A DNA stretch of 32,000 bases, from assembly GCA_963628195.1 (NCBI GenBank), contig CAVGEC010000004.1, positions 20,517-52,516 on the forward strand, in the 5' to 3' direction. The translations under genes were made by a program, and so were the position numbers. Shown here in pieces: positions 8,281-18,418 of this stretch. The DNA is from Bacteroidaceae bacterium (lineage in GTDB: Bacteria; Bacillota; Clostridia; Oscillospirales; Oscillospiraceae). The notes under the pieces are model-generated. The model was given only the letters and a program-made list of their open reading frames with translations. It did not search any database and had not been told where the DNA came from. Position 1 is the stretch's first letter; each line of letters begins with the position of its first letter.

Positions 8281-8529
8281 TTATTGCTGTAATTTACTCT
8301 CCAGACGCTGCACGAGTTCTGCGCCTTGGGGACTGGAAAGCACGCGGGAGAGCATGTCGCTGAGGGCCGCTGTGTCGCCGGAGGCGGCCTGCCGCGCTGC
8401 CTGGCCCAGAGCGGCGCTGTTGCCGCCGGAGAGCATTTGCAGCAGCGTTTGGCCGTCCTTGGACTGCATAACGGACTTCAGGGCCCGCGGATCACTTTTC
8501 AGCTTGTTCATAATGTCCTGTTCGTTCAT
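8281..8529 (-). CDS. Small hypothetical protein (Ala/Gln/Ser-rich)
   Basis: 82 aa with AAGGAGG RBS. First gene of a tightly packed minus-strand operon. Confidence 0.65.
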   Translation of the reverse strand: MNEQDIMNKLKSDPRALKSVMQSKDGQTLLQMLSGGNSAALGQAARQAASGDTAALSDMLSRVLSSPQGAELVQRLESKLQQ

Positions 8530-8583
8530 ACAAAGACCTCCTTGTGGGGTTCATTACAGATACATCCTATGTACACGGAACTA

Positions 8584-8620
8584 AAAAAGTGCCTGCCAGC
8601 CAAGCTGACAGGCACTTTTT
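8584..8620 (-). terminator. Terminator after the 348-aa membrane-anchored protein gene
   Basis: Stem AGTGCCTG..CAGGCACT with inner CAGC/GCTG pairing, flanked by A6 and T5 runs. Confidence 0.75.
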
Positions 8621-8623
8621 AGT

Positions 8624-9670
8624 TCACTGAGCAATGCAGGATTGCAAATAGAGATGGCCGGCATCCTCCTCAGCTTGACCGAGGGTAAAGCTGATCCAAC
8701 AGTCCTGACCAAAGGCGTTCTCGAAACGAAGACTTCCGCCGCTGCCGTGCAGATTCCCGCCCAGCAGGACGACGGCATTGATACCGGTATCGCCATGGGC
8801 GTGGTACCAGCAGTCGGTCTTATCCCAGTAGATCCAGCCTTCCGGAGCCAGATCGTCGGGGATGGAAGTCTGGCCGTAAATGGTGTCGCGAAGCACCTGA
8901 TACATACCGCTGCGTGGAAGGCGGGAGACATCTGTCTCCGTGGCGCCGGGGACGTTTGCCTGTACCCAATCCCACTCGTCGCCGTCCTCCGGCGTGACAA
9001 AACCACCGTAGACAGGGGCACCGTTTTCGTCATAGGACAGGCCGTCGTAGAACATGCTGTTCAGGTTCACGGTGTTATCGGAAAAGGGCGAGGCCACTGC
9101 CTGAGCGTACCAGCTGGGGGCGTTAAACAGCTGCTGATAGGCATCAAGCCGCTCTTGCGAAAGGTCGCCGGAGGTAATGCCCTCCGCGTCGGAGGCCGTC
9201 TTAACGCGCTCAAAGAATGCCAGATACTCGGACATCAGGGCATCATCCTTGATCCTGTAACCGTAGTTGCCGTAGTAGACAACACCGTCCGGGCGGAAGG
9301 TGACGGGCTTCAGTACCTCATCACACCAGACGTAGACACTGATCAGCTCGCCGGTGTTGGGTTCGTCAGCGTAATACTTGACACCGCCGGTATAGTTGAC
9401 AAAGTACAGCCTTGTCCGGGTAAGAAGTCCGTAATATTCTTGTACCAGACCGGCATTTGTTGCAGTGCTGTTGACGTCGTAGAAATGGTTGATGTCGTAG
9501 GGCGTAACAGTGGAGTCTACCATGTAAAGGCCGTAGACGCTTTCCACGTCGGGCAGCCGGAGGAGCTTGTCCCCGCGGCGAGGAAGGAGAAAAAACAGCA
9601 GAGCAGCCGTTACCAGAGCCGTGCCGACACAGATCGAGACAATGAGCTTTGCTTTTTCTTTCTTTGCCAT
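8624..9670 (-). CDS. Membrane-anchored hypothetical protein (N-terminal signal anchor, extracytoplasmic domain)
   Basis: Start set at ATG 9670 (MAKKEKAKLIVSICVGTALVTAALLFFLL) with AAAGGA upstream. I recognise no family. Confidence 0.7.
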   Translation of the reverse strand: MAKKEKAKLIVSICVGTALVTAALLFFLLPRRGDKLLRLPDVESVYGLYMVDSTVTPYDINHFYDVNSTATNAGLVQEYYGLLTRTRLYFVNYTGGVKYYADEPNTGELISVYVWCDEVLKPVTFRPDGVVYYGNYGYRIKDDALMSEYLAFFERVKTASDAEGITSGDLSQERLDAYQQLFNAPSWYAQAVASPFSDNTVNLNSMFYDGLSYDENGAPVYGGFVTPEDGDEWDWVQANVPGATETDVSRLPRSGMYQVLRDTIYGQTSIPDDLAPEGWIYWDKTDCWYHAHGDTGINAVVLLGGNLHGSGGSLRFENAFGQDCWISFTLGQAEEDAGHLYLQSCIAQ

Positions 9671-9785
9671 AGAATGAGATCCTTTCTGCCGGATTTGGCG
9701 ACAGTATACCACGGTATGTGGAATAAGTCGTTACAGGGAGGTAACAGAGTGTTACATGAATATGCAGAATACTTTGTATAAACGG

Positions 9786-9814
9786 TTGTAAAACCGAAGG
9801 AAATATGATAAAAT
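9786..9814 (+). promoter_or_regulatory. Sigma-A type promoter of the dxs cluster
   Basis: TTGTAA (9786-9791), 17 nt spacer, TGnTAAAAT (9806-9814). Confidence 0.6.
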
Positions 9815-9884
9815 ATTACGCTGACTAAAATGGGATGGTGGGCGCTCAGGCGTCTGCTGCTGAGATAAAGGACGGAGACGGATC

Positions 9885-11732
9885 TTGATTTTGGAGACGA
9901 TCAACAGCCCGGCAGACGTGAAGCGTCTGACCGAGGAGCAGACGGCGATGCTGTGCCGTGAACTGCGGGAATTTCTGGTGAAGCAAGTGGCCTGCACCGG
10001 CGGGCACCTGGCATCCAATCTGGGCGTGGTGGAGCTGACGGTGGCCATTCACCGGGTGTTTGACACAGCCCGCGACCGGCTGGTGCTGGATGTGGGACAC
10101 CAGTGCTATGTACACAAGGCGCTAACTGGACGGCGGGAGCTGTTCGGCACACTGCGGCAGTTTGGCGGCATGTCGGGCTTTCCAAAACCATACGAGAGCG
10201 TACATGATGCCTTTATGGCGGGACACGCATCGGATTCGGTGTCTGTGGCGTTAGGAATGGCGCGGGCGCGGACACTGCTGGGAGAGAACTACCACATAGT
10301 GGCTGTCATCGGCGACGGTGCACTGGGCGGGGGATTGAGCTTTGAAGGGCTCAACGATGCCGGAGGCAGCGGTGAGCCCCTGGTGGTCATCCTCAACGAC
10401 AATGGCATGTCCATTGATGAAAATGTGGGCGGGCTGTCCAAGCACCTGTCGAGGATGCGGACGGATCCGGAATATTATGAATTCAAAAAGCGTTACCGTA
10501 AGGCGCTGGAGAAGCTGCCGGCGGGCCGGACGCTGTATGAGTGGAGCCATGAGGTGAAAACGGCGCTGAAAAAGACGCTGCTGCCGCCGGTAAGCACCGT
10601 GTTTGAAGATATGGGGTTTGCATACATGGGGCCGGTGGACGGTCATGATGTGCAGCGGCTGACGGCGGTACTGCAGGCCGCAAAGGAGGCCGGGCGTCCC
10701 GTGCTGGTGCATGTTCACACGGTGAAGGGCTGCGGGTACGACTACGCCCTGCGGGAGCCTGAGAGGTTCCATGGCGTGGGCCCCTTTGATCCGGCCACAG
10801 GTAAGGTATACAGCCAGGGAGGCGAGACGTTTTCTCATGTGTTTGGTGAGACGCTGCGGCAGTTGGCGCGGGAGGACCGGCGCGTGTGCGCTATCACTGC
10901 GGCCATGGCCGACGGTACGGGGCTGACGGGGTTTGCCGGGGAGTTCCCGCGGCGGTTTTTCGATGTGGGTATCGCTGAAGGACACGGTGTAGCCATGGCC
11001 GGAGGTATGGCCAAGCAGGGGCTGATTCCTGTGTTTGCGGTGTACGACAGCTTTTTGCAGCGGGGCTATGACATGTTGGTGCAGGATGCGGCGCTGGAAG
11101 GGCTGCATGTGGTACTTGCGGTGGATCGATGCGGTATCGTAGGCGCGGATGGTGAGACGCACCACGGTTGTCTGGATTATCTGAGCCAGGTACCGGGGAT
11201 GACGGTATTTGCGCCCGCCAGCTTTGCAGAACTGCGGCAGATGCTGCGCCGTGCGGTGCTGGAACTGGACGGGCCGGTAGCGATACGGTATCCCAGAGGC
11301 GGCGAATGCGGCTATAATGAGGACTGCGGCAGTGCAGCGGTCAGCGTGTTGAGGCAGGGCGGCGATGCGGCCGTCGTGACCTGTGGAATCCTAACAGGAC
11401 AGGCACTTGCGGCGGCAGAGGCACTGAGTCATGAGGGGATAAGCGTTCGGGTAGTAAAGCTGAACCGTGTGATGCCGCTTGACGGCGACGCGCTGTGTGC
11501 GGCACTGCGCGGGGTGAAGCGCGTAGTCATTGCGGAGGATCAGCTGCGCGGCGGCGGCTTGGGCGAGCGGCTGGGTGCACTGCTGTTGGAGCGAAACGCA
11601 GGAATGGAAAATGCCCTGCTGCGAAATGCGGGGATAGCCCTGCCGAGCCAGGGCACCACGGCGCAGCTGTGGCATGCCCTCGGTCTGGACGCAGAGGGCA
11701 TCGCCAAGGCAGTGCGGGAGGTATTGGTATGA
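9885..11732 (+). CDS. dxs: 1-deoxy-D-xylulose-5-phosphate synthase
   Basis: 615 aa with GGHLASNLGVVELTVAIH and a TPP-binding region. TTG start with GGAG 7 nt upstream; an in-frame TGA at 9861 excludes an earlier start. Confidence 0.95.
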   Translation: MILETINSPADVKRLTEEQTAMLCRELREFLVKQVACTGGHLASNLGVVELTVAIHRVFDTARDRLVLDVGHQCYVHKALTGRRELFGTLRQFGGMSGFPKPYESVHDAFMAGHASDSVSVALGMARARTLLGENYHIVAVIGDGALGGGLSFEGLNDAGGSGEPLVVILNDNGMSIDENVGGLSKHLSRMRTDPEYYEFKKRYRKALEKLPAGRTLYEWSHEVKTALKKTLLPPVSTVFEDMGFAYMGPVDGHDVQRLTAVLQAAKEAGRPVLVHVHTVKGCGYDYALREPERFHGVGPFDPATGKVYSQGGETFSHVFGETLRQLAREDRRVCAITAAMADGTGLTGFAGEFPRRFFDVGIAEGHGVAMAGGMAKQGLIPVFAVYDSFLQRGYDMLVQDAALEGLHVVLAVDRCGIVGADGETHHGCLDYLSQVPGMTVFAPASFAELRQMLRRAVLELDGPVAIRYPRGGECGYNEDCGSAAVSVLRQGGDAAVVTCGILTGQALAAAEALSHEGISVRVVKLNRVMPLDGDALCAALRGVKRVVIAEDQLRGGGLGERLGALLLERNAGMENALLRNAGIALPSQGTTAQLWHALGLDAEGIAKAVREVLV

Positions 11733-12544
11733 GCAAAAAGACGCGGCTGGATGTGCTGCTGACAGAGCGCGGACTGTGCGAGAGCCGCCAGAAGGCGCAG
11801 GGCGCCATCATGGCCGGATTGGTATTCGTAAACGGGCAGCGTTCGGACAAACCGGGGACACCGGTGGCCGATGACGCCGATGTGGAAGTACGCGGGCATG
11901 CCCTGCGGTATGTGAGCCGGGGAGGTCTGAAGCTGGAGAAGGCTATGCAGACGTTCCCCATCACACTGGTGGGAAAGGTGTGCGCGGACATCGGTGCATC
12001 CACCGGAGGATTTACGGACTGCATGCTGCAAAACGGCGCGGCGAAGGTTTACGCCGTGGACGTGGGCTACGGACAGCTGGACTGGAAGCTGCGCAGCGAT
12101 GCACGGGTGGTGTGCCTGGAACGCACCAATGCACGGTATCTCTCCGCGGAGCAAATACCGGAGGCGCTGGACTTTGCGTCTATCGATGTGAGCTTTATCT
12201 CGTTGAAGCTGATATTTCCGGCGCTGTACCAGCTGCTGCGCGATGGCGGTGAGGTAGCCTGCCTTATCAAGCCGCAGTTTGAAGCGGGACGTGAAAAGGT
12301 GGGCAAAAAAGGTGTCGTGCGGGATCCTAAAGTACATCTGGAGGTACTGGAGGACTTTTTGGAGCACGCAAAAGAAAATCACTTTACGGTGCTTGGTATT
12401 ACATTTTCTCCCATCCGCGGGCCGGAGGGAAATATTGAATATCTGGGCTACCTTAAAAAATGCGGGGAAGCGGACTGCATCCCTGATCTGCAGGCGTTGG
12501 TGGACGCCTCACACTCTGTGTTGAAGGAAGGTCACGGGGAATAA
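11729..12544 (+). CDS. tlyA: TlyA-family rRNA 2'-O-methyltransferase (S4 domain plus FtsJ-like)
   Basis: Start ATG 11729 overlaps the dxs stop (ATGA). Sequence MSKKTRLDVLLTERGL..., then SAM motif DIGASTGGFTD. Confidence 0.9.
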   Translation: MSKKTRLDVLLTERGLCESRQKAQGAIMAGLVFVNGQRSDKPGTPVADDADVEVRGHALRYVSRGGLKLEKAMQTFPITLVGKVCADIGASTGGFTDCMLQNGAAKVYAVDVGYGQLDWKLRSDARVVCLERTNARYLSAEQIPEALDFASIDVSFISLKLIFPALYQLLRDGGEVACLIKPQFEAGREKVGKKGVVRDPKVHLEVLEDFLEHAKENHFTVLGITFSPIRGPEGNIEYLGYLKKCGEADCIPDLQALVDASHSVLKEGHGE

Positions 12545-13422
12545 TGAAACGAGTGATACTCTGCCCGAATCCATATCGGGACAGTGAATTGACGGTGGCC
12601 AAACGGTCAAGGGAAATACTGGAGGCCATCGGCTTTGAGACGGTGGTATGCCTGCCCTTCAGCCGGGAAGGCTACGACGATCAGTTGGGTGTGCCTATCC
12701 GGCAGCTGCAGCAGGAAATCAAGCGGGCGGACATGCTGATCGCTTTCGGCGGCGACGGGACGATCCTGCATTTGGCCCGGACGGTGGCGCTGCATAATGT
12801 GCCGGTACTGGGCATCAATCTGGGAAGTTTGGGGTTTATGTCCGAGTTGGAGCCCAATGAGCTGGAACGTTTAAACGATTTGAAGGATTGGAGCTTCGCG
12901 GTGGAATCCCGGATGATGCTGGATGTTACGGTGCTGCGGGACAGCAAACCGGTATACAGCAATATTGCGCTGAACGATGCGGTGATCTCTAAAGGCAGCG
13001 TGGCCAGAGTGGTGCGGTTGGATGTTTCCACAGAGGAAGGCCGGCTGACAAAGATCACCGGCGACGGAGCCATTGTGTCTACGCCCACCGGCTCTACCGG
13101 GTATTCCATGGCGGCGGGCGGCCCTATTGTGGAACCTACGGCTCACAATCTGCTGCTGACACCTATATGTCCGCACTCCACGCGTGCAGGCAGCTATGTT
13201 CTTTCGCCGGAGCATACCATTCTGGTGGAAACAGCGGATGCCAATCGGAAGTTTGTATATCTGTCTGTGGATGGCGGCAAGGCTTTTTCCCTAAGAAACG
13301 GTGATATCGTGCGGGCACGGCAGTCCAGATTCGTGACAAAACTGGTACGTTTGAGCAAAAAGAGCTTTTGTGAGATATTGGATTCCAAGATGGGAATGGA
13401 GGCGCTGAAGCATGAAAAATGA
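12544..13422 (+). CDS. nadK: NAD kinase
   Basis: 292 aa with the GGDGTILH motif. Its start overlaps the tlyA stop by 1 nt. Confidence 0.92.
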   Translation: MKRVILCPNPYRDSELTVAKRSREILEAIGFETVVCLPFSREGYDDQLGVPIRQLQQEIKRADMLIAFGGDGTILHLARTVALHNVPVLGINLGSLGFMSELEPNELERLNDLKDWSFAVESRMMLDVTVLRDSKPVYSNIALNDAVISKGSVARVVRLDVSTEEGRLTKITGDGAIVSTPTGSTGYSMAAGGPIVEPTAHNLLLTPICPHSTRAGSYVLSPEHTILVETADANRKFVYLSVDGGKAFSLRNGDIVRARQSRFVTKLVRLSKKSFCEILDSKMGMEALKHEK

Positions 13423-13864
13423 TCGACAGACAGCAGTTTTGCAGATCATCGAGGAGAGCGCGGTGGAGACGCAGGAGCAGCTGATGCAGCTGCTGGCCGT
13501 ACGGGGCTTTGCCTGCACGCAGGCGACCGTTTCCAGGGATATCAAGCAGCTGCACCTGGTGAAAGCACCGGACGGAAACGGCGGGTATCGCTACGCCGTG
13601 TCGGCGCAGATGCCCAAGCTGAACTTTGCGGAAAAGCTGCAGACCATATTCCGGGAGTGCGTACTCAGCATCGAAGCGGCGCAGAATCTGGCAGTGCTGA
13701 AAACCATGGAGGGTATGGCTAACGCCGCGGCATTCGCGCTGGACAGCATGGAGGATACGGATATCGTAGGTACGCTGGCCGGCGATGATACGGTACTGCT
13801 TGTGTTCCACGACAGCGCTCACGCGGTGGATTTCTGCGAACAGGTGCGGCAGATGCTGCGCTGA
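13412..13864 (+). CDS. argR: Arginine repressor
   Basis: 150 aa with winged-helix segment TQATVSRDIKQLHLVK and a C-terminal oligomerisation domain. Confidence 0.92.
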   Translation: MKNDRQTAVLQIIEESAVETQEQLMQLLAVRGFACTQATVSRDIKQLHLVKAPDGNGGYRYAVSAQMPKLNFAEKLQTIFRECVLSIEAAQNLAVLKTMEGMANAAAFALDSMEDTDIVGTLAGDDTVLLVFHDSAHAVDFCEQVRQMLR

Positions 13865-13877
13865 GGAGGCGAGTAAA

Positions 13878-15554
13878 ATGCTGGAACTGCTGCATATTGA
13901 GAATATTGCCATCATAGAAGCGGCGGATATCGAATTTGCGCCGGGGTTCAATGCGCTGACCGGTGAAACCGGCGCGGGCAAGTCCATCGTGATCGACAGC
14001 CTGAGTGCCGTACTGGGCCAGCGAACCAGTCGGGAACTGATACGGACCGGGGCGGACAAAGCGTTTGTCAGCGCAGCATTTTCCGGTATCACGCCGGAAC
14101 TGACAGTGGATCTGGGCATACAGCCGGAATTGGACGGGACACTGCTGCTGCAGCGAGAGATACAGACCGACGGTAAAAACGTGTGCCGTGTCAACGGACG
14201 GCCGGCGACTGTAGGACAGCTGCGTGCACTGGGAGCGCGGCTGCTGAATATCCATGGACAGCATGACGGGCAGCAGCTTTTGGATGAGGAACAGCATATT
14301 GTGTATCTGGACAGCTTTGGAAAAACAGAAAAGCTTTCTGAAGCGTATGCTGTAAAGTATAGACGTCTTACAGATATACGCCGGCAGATCAGCGCTTTGC
14401 AGATGGATGAAGCCGAGAAGGCTCGCCGGGTGGATACACTGCAGTATCAGATCAACGAACTGCGCCGAGCCAAGTTGAGGCCCGGCGAGGAGGAGGAACT
14501 GACAGCGCGGCGCGGGATACTCCGCAACGCGGAGAAGTTCCTGGACGCAGTGGCCGGGGCTGACTATGCGCTCAACGGCGATGACAGCGGCGGCGGAGCA
14601 CTCAGCGCACTGCGGCAGGCGCAGGATGCGCTGGGCGGTGTGCGGCATCTGGATGACGCTTTTGCCCAGCTGTATGATCGGCTGGGGGAAGCTTACAGCG
14701 AGATATATGATATCGCAGCCACAATAGACGACAAGCGGGGCGAACTGGACGTGTCCCCCGGTGAGCTCGACCGCGTGGAGAGCCGCATGGACCAGCTGTA
14801 TCGGCTGAAGAAAAAGTACGGCGCCACAGTGGAGGATATGCTGGAGTATCTGCACCGCTGCACCGATGAGCTGGCGCAGATCGAGGATGCGGGTGATGCG
14901 CTGCTCCGATTAGAGCACGAACGGTCCGAGGCGGAAAAAACAGCATGGCAAGCAGCAAAAGCGCTGTCCGATGCGCGAAAGGCGGCGGCAGAGCAGCTGA
15001 CGGCGCAGATATTGAGCGAACTGCAGCAGCTGGACATGGGAAAGATACGTTTTGCCGTGGAGTTTACCGAGAAGCCGCTGGACGGCGACGGTATGGACGC
15101 GGTACGGTTTCTGATGTCCGCCAATGTGGGTGAGGAGCTGCGGCCCATCCACAAGATCGCCTCCGGCGGTGAGTTGGCCAGGATCATGCTGGCCATGAAA
15201 AACGTACTCAGCGAGCAGGATCATGTGGGAACGATGGTGTTTGACGAAGTAGACACCGGCGTTTCCGGGCGGGCGGCCCAGAAGGTAGCGGAAAAGATGG
15301 CGCGTATCAGCCGGAAAAAGCAGGTGCTGTGCGTGACACATCTGCCGCAGCTGGCAGCTATGGCGGACACGCATTTCTCCGTGGAGAAGGGCGAACGGAA
15401 CGGGCGTACCTATACGGAGGTGCGGCGGCTTGACCGTGAGCGGCGGCGGCAGGAGCTGGCGAGGCTCACCGGCGGCAGCCATGTGTCCCAGACTATGCTG
15501 GACGGCGCGGAGGAACTGTTGGTACAGGCTGAGAAATTCCGGGCCGCACTATAA
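13878..15554 (+). CDS. recN: DNA repair protein RecN
   Basis: Start at ATG 13878 (GAGGAGG RBS). Sequence MLELLHIENIAIIE..., Walker A GETGAGKS, SMC-like coiled coil. Confidence 0.95.
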   Translation: MLELLHIENIAIIEAADIEFAPGFNALTGETGAGKSIVIDSLSAVLGQRTSRELIRTGADKAFVSAAFSGITPELTVDLGIQPELDGTLLLQREIQTDGKNVCRVNGRPATVGQLRALGARLLNIHGQHDGQQLLDEEQHIVYLDSFGKTEKLSEAYAVKYRRLTDIRRQISALQMDEAEKARRVDTLQYQINELRRAKLRPGEEEELTARRGILRNAEKFLDAVAGADYALNGDDSGGGALSALRQAQDALGGVRHLDDAFAQLYDRLGEAYSEIYDIAATIDDKRGELDVSPGELDRVESRMDQLYRLKKKYGATVEDMLEYLHRCTDELAQIEDAGDALLRLEHERSEAEKTAWQAAKALSDARKAAAEQLTAQILSELQQLDMGKIRFAVEFTEKPLDGDGMDAVRFLMSANVGEELRPIHKIASGGELARIMLAMKNVLSEQDHVGTMVFDEVDTGVSGRAAQKVAEKMARISRKKQVLCVTHLPQLAAMADTHFSVEKGERNGRTYTEVRRLDRERRRQELARLTGGSHVSQTMLDGAEELLVQAEKFRAAL

Positions 15555-15581
15555 TGATTTTCGCAGCATGAAAAATAATAG

Positions 15582-15609
15582 TTGACAAACGAAAAAAATC
15601 TGCTACAAT
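15582..15609 (+). promoter_or_regulatory. Sigma-A type promoter of the tyrS leader
   Basis: TTGACA (15582-15587), 16 nt spacer, TGnTACAAT (15601-15609). Confidence 0.7.
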
Positions 15610-15614
15610 AACCT

Positions 15615-15897
15615 CAACTTGATACCGCAACAGCGATGAAGGGAATAAGTAGCGCATTTCAGACCTGCCAAGAGAGCCCCCGGTTGGTGGAAGGGGGAGA
15701 GGAAGAAATGGGTGAATACATCCCGGAGCAGCCTCCCGAACGTTTGCATGAGCCAGTAGGGATGTGTCGGGTTCGCCCGTTACAGCGATAGGGTGTGTCT
15801 GCACCCGATGAGGTCGTGTCTGCGAGGGCATGGCGAATATGAGGTGGTACCGCGAGCGTTTGCATCGCCCTCTGTCGAGATGACAGGGGGCGTTTTT
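15615..15897 (+). promoter_or_regulatory. T-box riboswitch leader, tyrosine-specific
   Basis: AGAGA box (~15671). Specifier-loop GAAUACAU with the UAC Tyr codon at 15717-15719. Canonical T-box GGTGGTACCGCG (15843-15854). Terminator CGCCCTCTGTC..GACAGGGGGCG plus T5 (15866-15897). Confidence 0.9.
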
Positions 15898-15947
15898 ATT
15901 TCCCTGTCAAAAAACACAAATGAAAATACAGAAAGGAAATGGAAGCT

Positions 15948-17174
15948 ATGGGTATTTATGAGGAATTGATCGCGCGTGGTCTGATCGCGCAGGTCACCAA
16001 CGAGGAAGAGATCCGCGAGATGGTCAATAACGGCAAGGCCACTTTCTACATTGGCTTTGACTGCACGGCAGACTCCCTGCATGTGGGCCACTTTATGGCG
16101 TTGTGCCTGATGAAGCGTTTGCAGATGGCAGGCAACAAGCCCATCGCCCTGATCGGCGACGGCACTACCTTGATAGGCGATCCCTCCGGCCGTACCGACA
16201 TGCGCCAGATGCTTACTGAGGAGACTATCAAGCACAACGCGGAGTGCTTCAAGCGCCAGATGGAGAAGTTCATCGACTTTTCCGACGGCAAGGCGCTGAT
16301 GCTGTATAACTCCGAGTGGCTGAAGCCCCTGAACTATATCGAGATGCTGCGTGAAGTGGGCGGCTGCTTCTCCGTAAACAATATGCTGCGCGCCCGCTGC
16401 TACGAGCAGCGTATGGAGCGAGGGCTGAGTTTCCTGGAGTTCAACTATATGATCATGCAGAGCTACGACTTCTACTACATGTTCCAGCACTACGGCTGCA
16501 ACATGCAGTTCGGCGGCGATGACCAGTGGAGCAACATGCTGGGCGGCACCGAGTTGATCCGTAAGAAGCTGGGTAAGGATGCCCACGCCATGACCATCAC
16601 CCTTCTGATGAACTCCGAGGGCAACAAGATGGGCAAGACCGCCAAGGGCGCTGTGTGGCTGGATCCCAATAAGACCAGCCCCTTTGAATTCTACCAGTAC
16701 TGGCGCAACGTGGGCGATGCCGATGTGCTGAAGTGCATCCGCATGCTGACATTCCTGCCGTTGGAGCAGATCGACGCCATGTCTAACTGGGAGGGCTCTC
16801 AGCTGAACGAGGCCAAGGACATTCTGGCCTATGAACTGACAAAACTGGTACACGGCGAGGATGAGGCCGAGAAGGCCCGCGCCGCATCCCGCGCACTGTT
16901 TGCTGGTGAGGGCGATACTGAGCACATGCCCACCACCGAGCTGACCAACGACGACTTCGGCGGCGGCAGCATCGACGTGCTGACTCTGCTGGTCAAGTGC
17001 GGCCTGGCGGCCTCCAAGGGCGAAGCCCGCCGCCTAGTGCAGCAGGGCGGTGTCACTGTTAATGATGAGAAGGTAGCCGCCATTGAGCAGACCTTCGGCT
17101 GCGAGCAGTTTACCGGCGACGGCGTGGTCATCAGGAAGGGTAAGAAGGTTTTCCACCGCGCTGTGCTGGTGTGA
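15948..17174 (+). CDS. tyrS: Tyrosine--tRNA ligase
   Basis: HIGH-type SLHVGH, KMSKS-type KMGKT, C-terminal S4 domain. ATG 15948 is preferred (AAAGGA about 10 nt upstream) over ATG 15939. Confidence 0.93.
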   Translation: MGIYEELIARGLIAQVTNEEEIREMVNNGKATFYIGFDCTADSLHVGHFMALCLMKRLQMAGNKPIALIGDGTTLIGDPSGRTDMRQMLTEETIKHNAECFKRQMEKFIDFSDGKALMLYNSEWLKPLNYIEMLREVGGCFSVNNMLRARCYEQRMERGLSFLEFNYMIMQSYDFYYMFQHYGCNMQFGGDDQWSNMLGGTELIRKKLGKDAHAMTITLLMNSEGNKMGKTAKGAVWLDPNKTSPFEFYQYWRNVGDADVLKCIRMLTFLPLEQIDAMSNWEGSQLNEAKDILAYELTKLVHGEDEAEKARAASRALFAGEGDTEHMPTTELTNDDFGGGSIDVLTLLVKCGLAASKGEARRLVQQGGVTVNDEKVAAIEQTFGCEQFTGDGVVIRKGKKVFHRAVLV

Positions 17175-17227
17175 GTCGCAGATAAATTCCGCTTATGATG
17201 TTACCATCATAATATAATCTCCATCTT

Positions 17228-17262
17228 GAGAAAGGCCGCGGTATGCCCGCGGCCTTTCTCGT
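17228..17262 (+). terminator. Terminator after tyrS
   Basis: 14-bp stem GAGAAAGGCCGCGG / CCGCGGCCTTTCTC with a weak T-tract. Confidence 0.6.
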
Positions 17263-17322
17263 TGCCGGAGGGAGTGTATCCCCGGTTTTTCTCCGGCATA
17301 TGGACTTTTCACCGGAAAAGCG

Positions 17323-17351
17323 TTGCATAACGGCAGGAAGTATACTATAAT
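17323..17351 (+). promoter_or_regulatory. Sigma-A type promoter of queA
   Basis: TTGCAT (17323-17328), 17 nt spacer, TATAAT (17346-17351). Confidence 0.7.
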
Positions 17352-17392
17352 GTGTCGCGGTATGTAAATCTTAGATAAACGAGTGGTATGAT

Positions 17393-18418
17393 ATGAAAAC
17401 GCATGATTTCTACTTTGATCTGCCACAGGAGCTGATCGCTCAGACGCCGCTGGAGCGGCGGGATGGGTCGAGGCTGCTGGTGCTGGATAAGAAAACTGGT
17501 GAGGTGGAGCACCGGCATTTTTATGATCTGCCGGAGTATCTGCATCCGGGAGACTGCTTGATACTGAACAACTCCCGCGTGCTGCCGGCGCGGCTTCTGG
17601 GCCATCGTGTGCCCGGCGGCGGCGCCTGCGAAATACTGCTGCTCATTGACCGCGGGAACAACACATGGGAGTGCCTGGTGCGGCCCGGAAAGAAGCTGCG
17701 GAAGGGCGCGCAGGTGACCTTCGGCAGCGGGGAACTGACGGCGGAGATCGCGGAAGAGCTGCCGGACGGCAACCGGTTGGTGAAATTTGGCTATAAGGGC
17801 ATTTTTCTGGAGGTTCTGGAACGTTTGGGAAAGATGCCGCTGCCGCCCTACATCAAAGAGGAACTGCAGGATCAGGAACGCTACCAAACGGTGTATTCCA
17901 AAGTTAACGGCTCGGCGGCGGCCCCCACTGCGGGCTTGCACTTTACACCAGAACTTCTGGAGAAAGTACAGGCAATGGGTGTAAAGGTAGGATACGTTAC
18001 ACTTCATGTGGGCTTAGGTACATTCCGTCCGGTAAAGGAAGATGAGATTACCGATCATACCATGCACAGTGAGTACTGTGTGATACCACAGGAGACAGCG
18101 GATCTGATCAACGAGACAAAGAAGAACGGCGGCAGAGTTATTTGCGTAGGCACCACCAGCTGCCGCACGATAGAATCGCAGGCGGAGGAGGATGGTACCA
18201 TGCATGCTTGCGCCGGTTGGACGGATATATTCATCTATCCGGGCTATAAATTCAAGGTGCTGGATGCCCTGGTAACGAATTTCCATCTGCCGGAGTCCAC
18301 GCTGATCATGCTGGTGTCGGCGCTGGCCGGGCGGGAGCATATTCTGAGCGCTTACCGGCAAGCGGTAGAGGAACGGTACCGGTTCTTCTCCTTCGGCGAT
18401 GCGATGCTCATATCGTGA
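17393..18418 (+). CDS. queA: S-adenosylmethionine:tRNA ribosyltransferase-isomerase
   Basis: 341 aa beginning [31 protein letters not shown], with a conserved C-terminus. Confidence 0.95.
   Translation: MKTHDFYFDLPQELIAQTPLERRDGSRLLVLDKKTGEVEHRHFYDLPEYLHPGDCLILNNSRVLPARLLGHRVPGGGACEILLLIDRGNNTWECLVRPGKKLRKGAQVTFGSGELTAEIAEELPDGNRLVKFGYKGIFLEVLERLGKMPLPPYIKEELQDQERYQTVYSKVNGSAAAPTAGLHFTPELLEKVQAMGVKVGYVTLHVGLGTFRPVKEDEITDHTMHSEYCVIPQETADLINETKKNGGRVICVGTTSCRTIESQAEEDGTMHACAGWTDIFIYPGYKFKVLDALVTNFHLPESTLIMLVSALAGREHILSAYRQAVEERYRFFSFGDAMLIS

Noticed and set aside
8642-16925. Antisense ORFs 8642-9781 (+), 10251-11165 (-), 11540-12382 (-), 13163-14194 (-), 13719-14855 (-), 14910-15482 (-) and 15780-16925 (-)
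   Set aside because: Each overlaps a confidently identified gene on the other strand (the hypothetical at 8624-9670, dxs, tlyA, nadK, argR, recN, tyrS). None has an RBS or a family signature.
17175-17392. Possible preQ1 riboswitch upstream of queA (and of tgt at 19243-19389)
   Set aside because: I could not find the conserved preQ1-I/II core sequence or an appropriate small pseudoknot. The region is explained by the tyrS terminator plus a consensus promoter.
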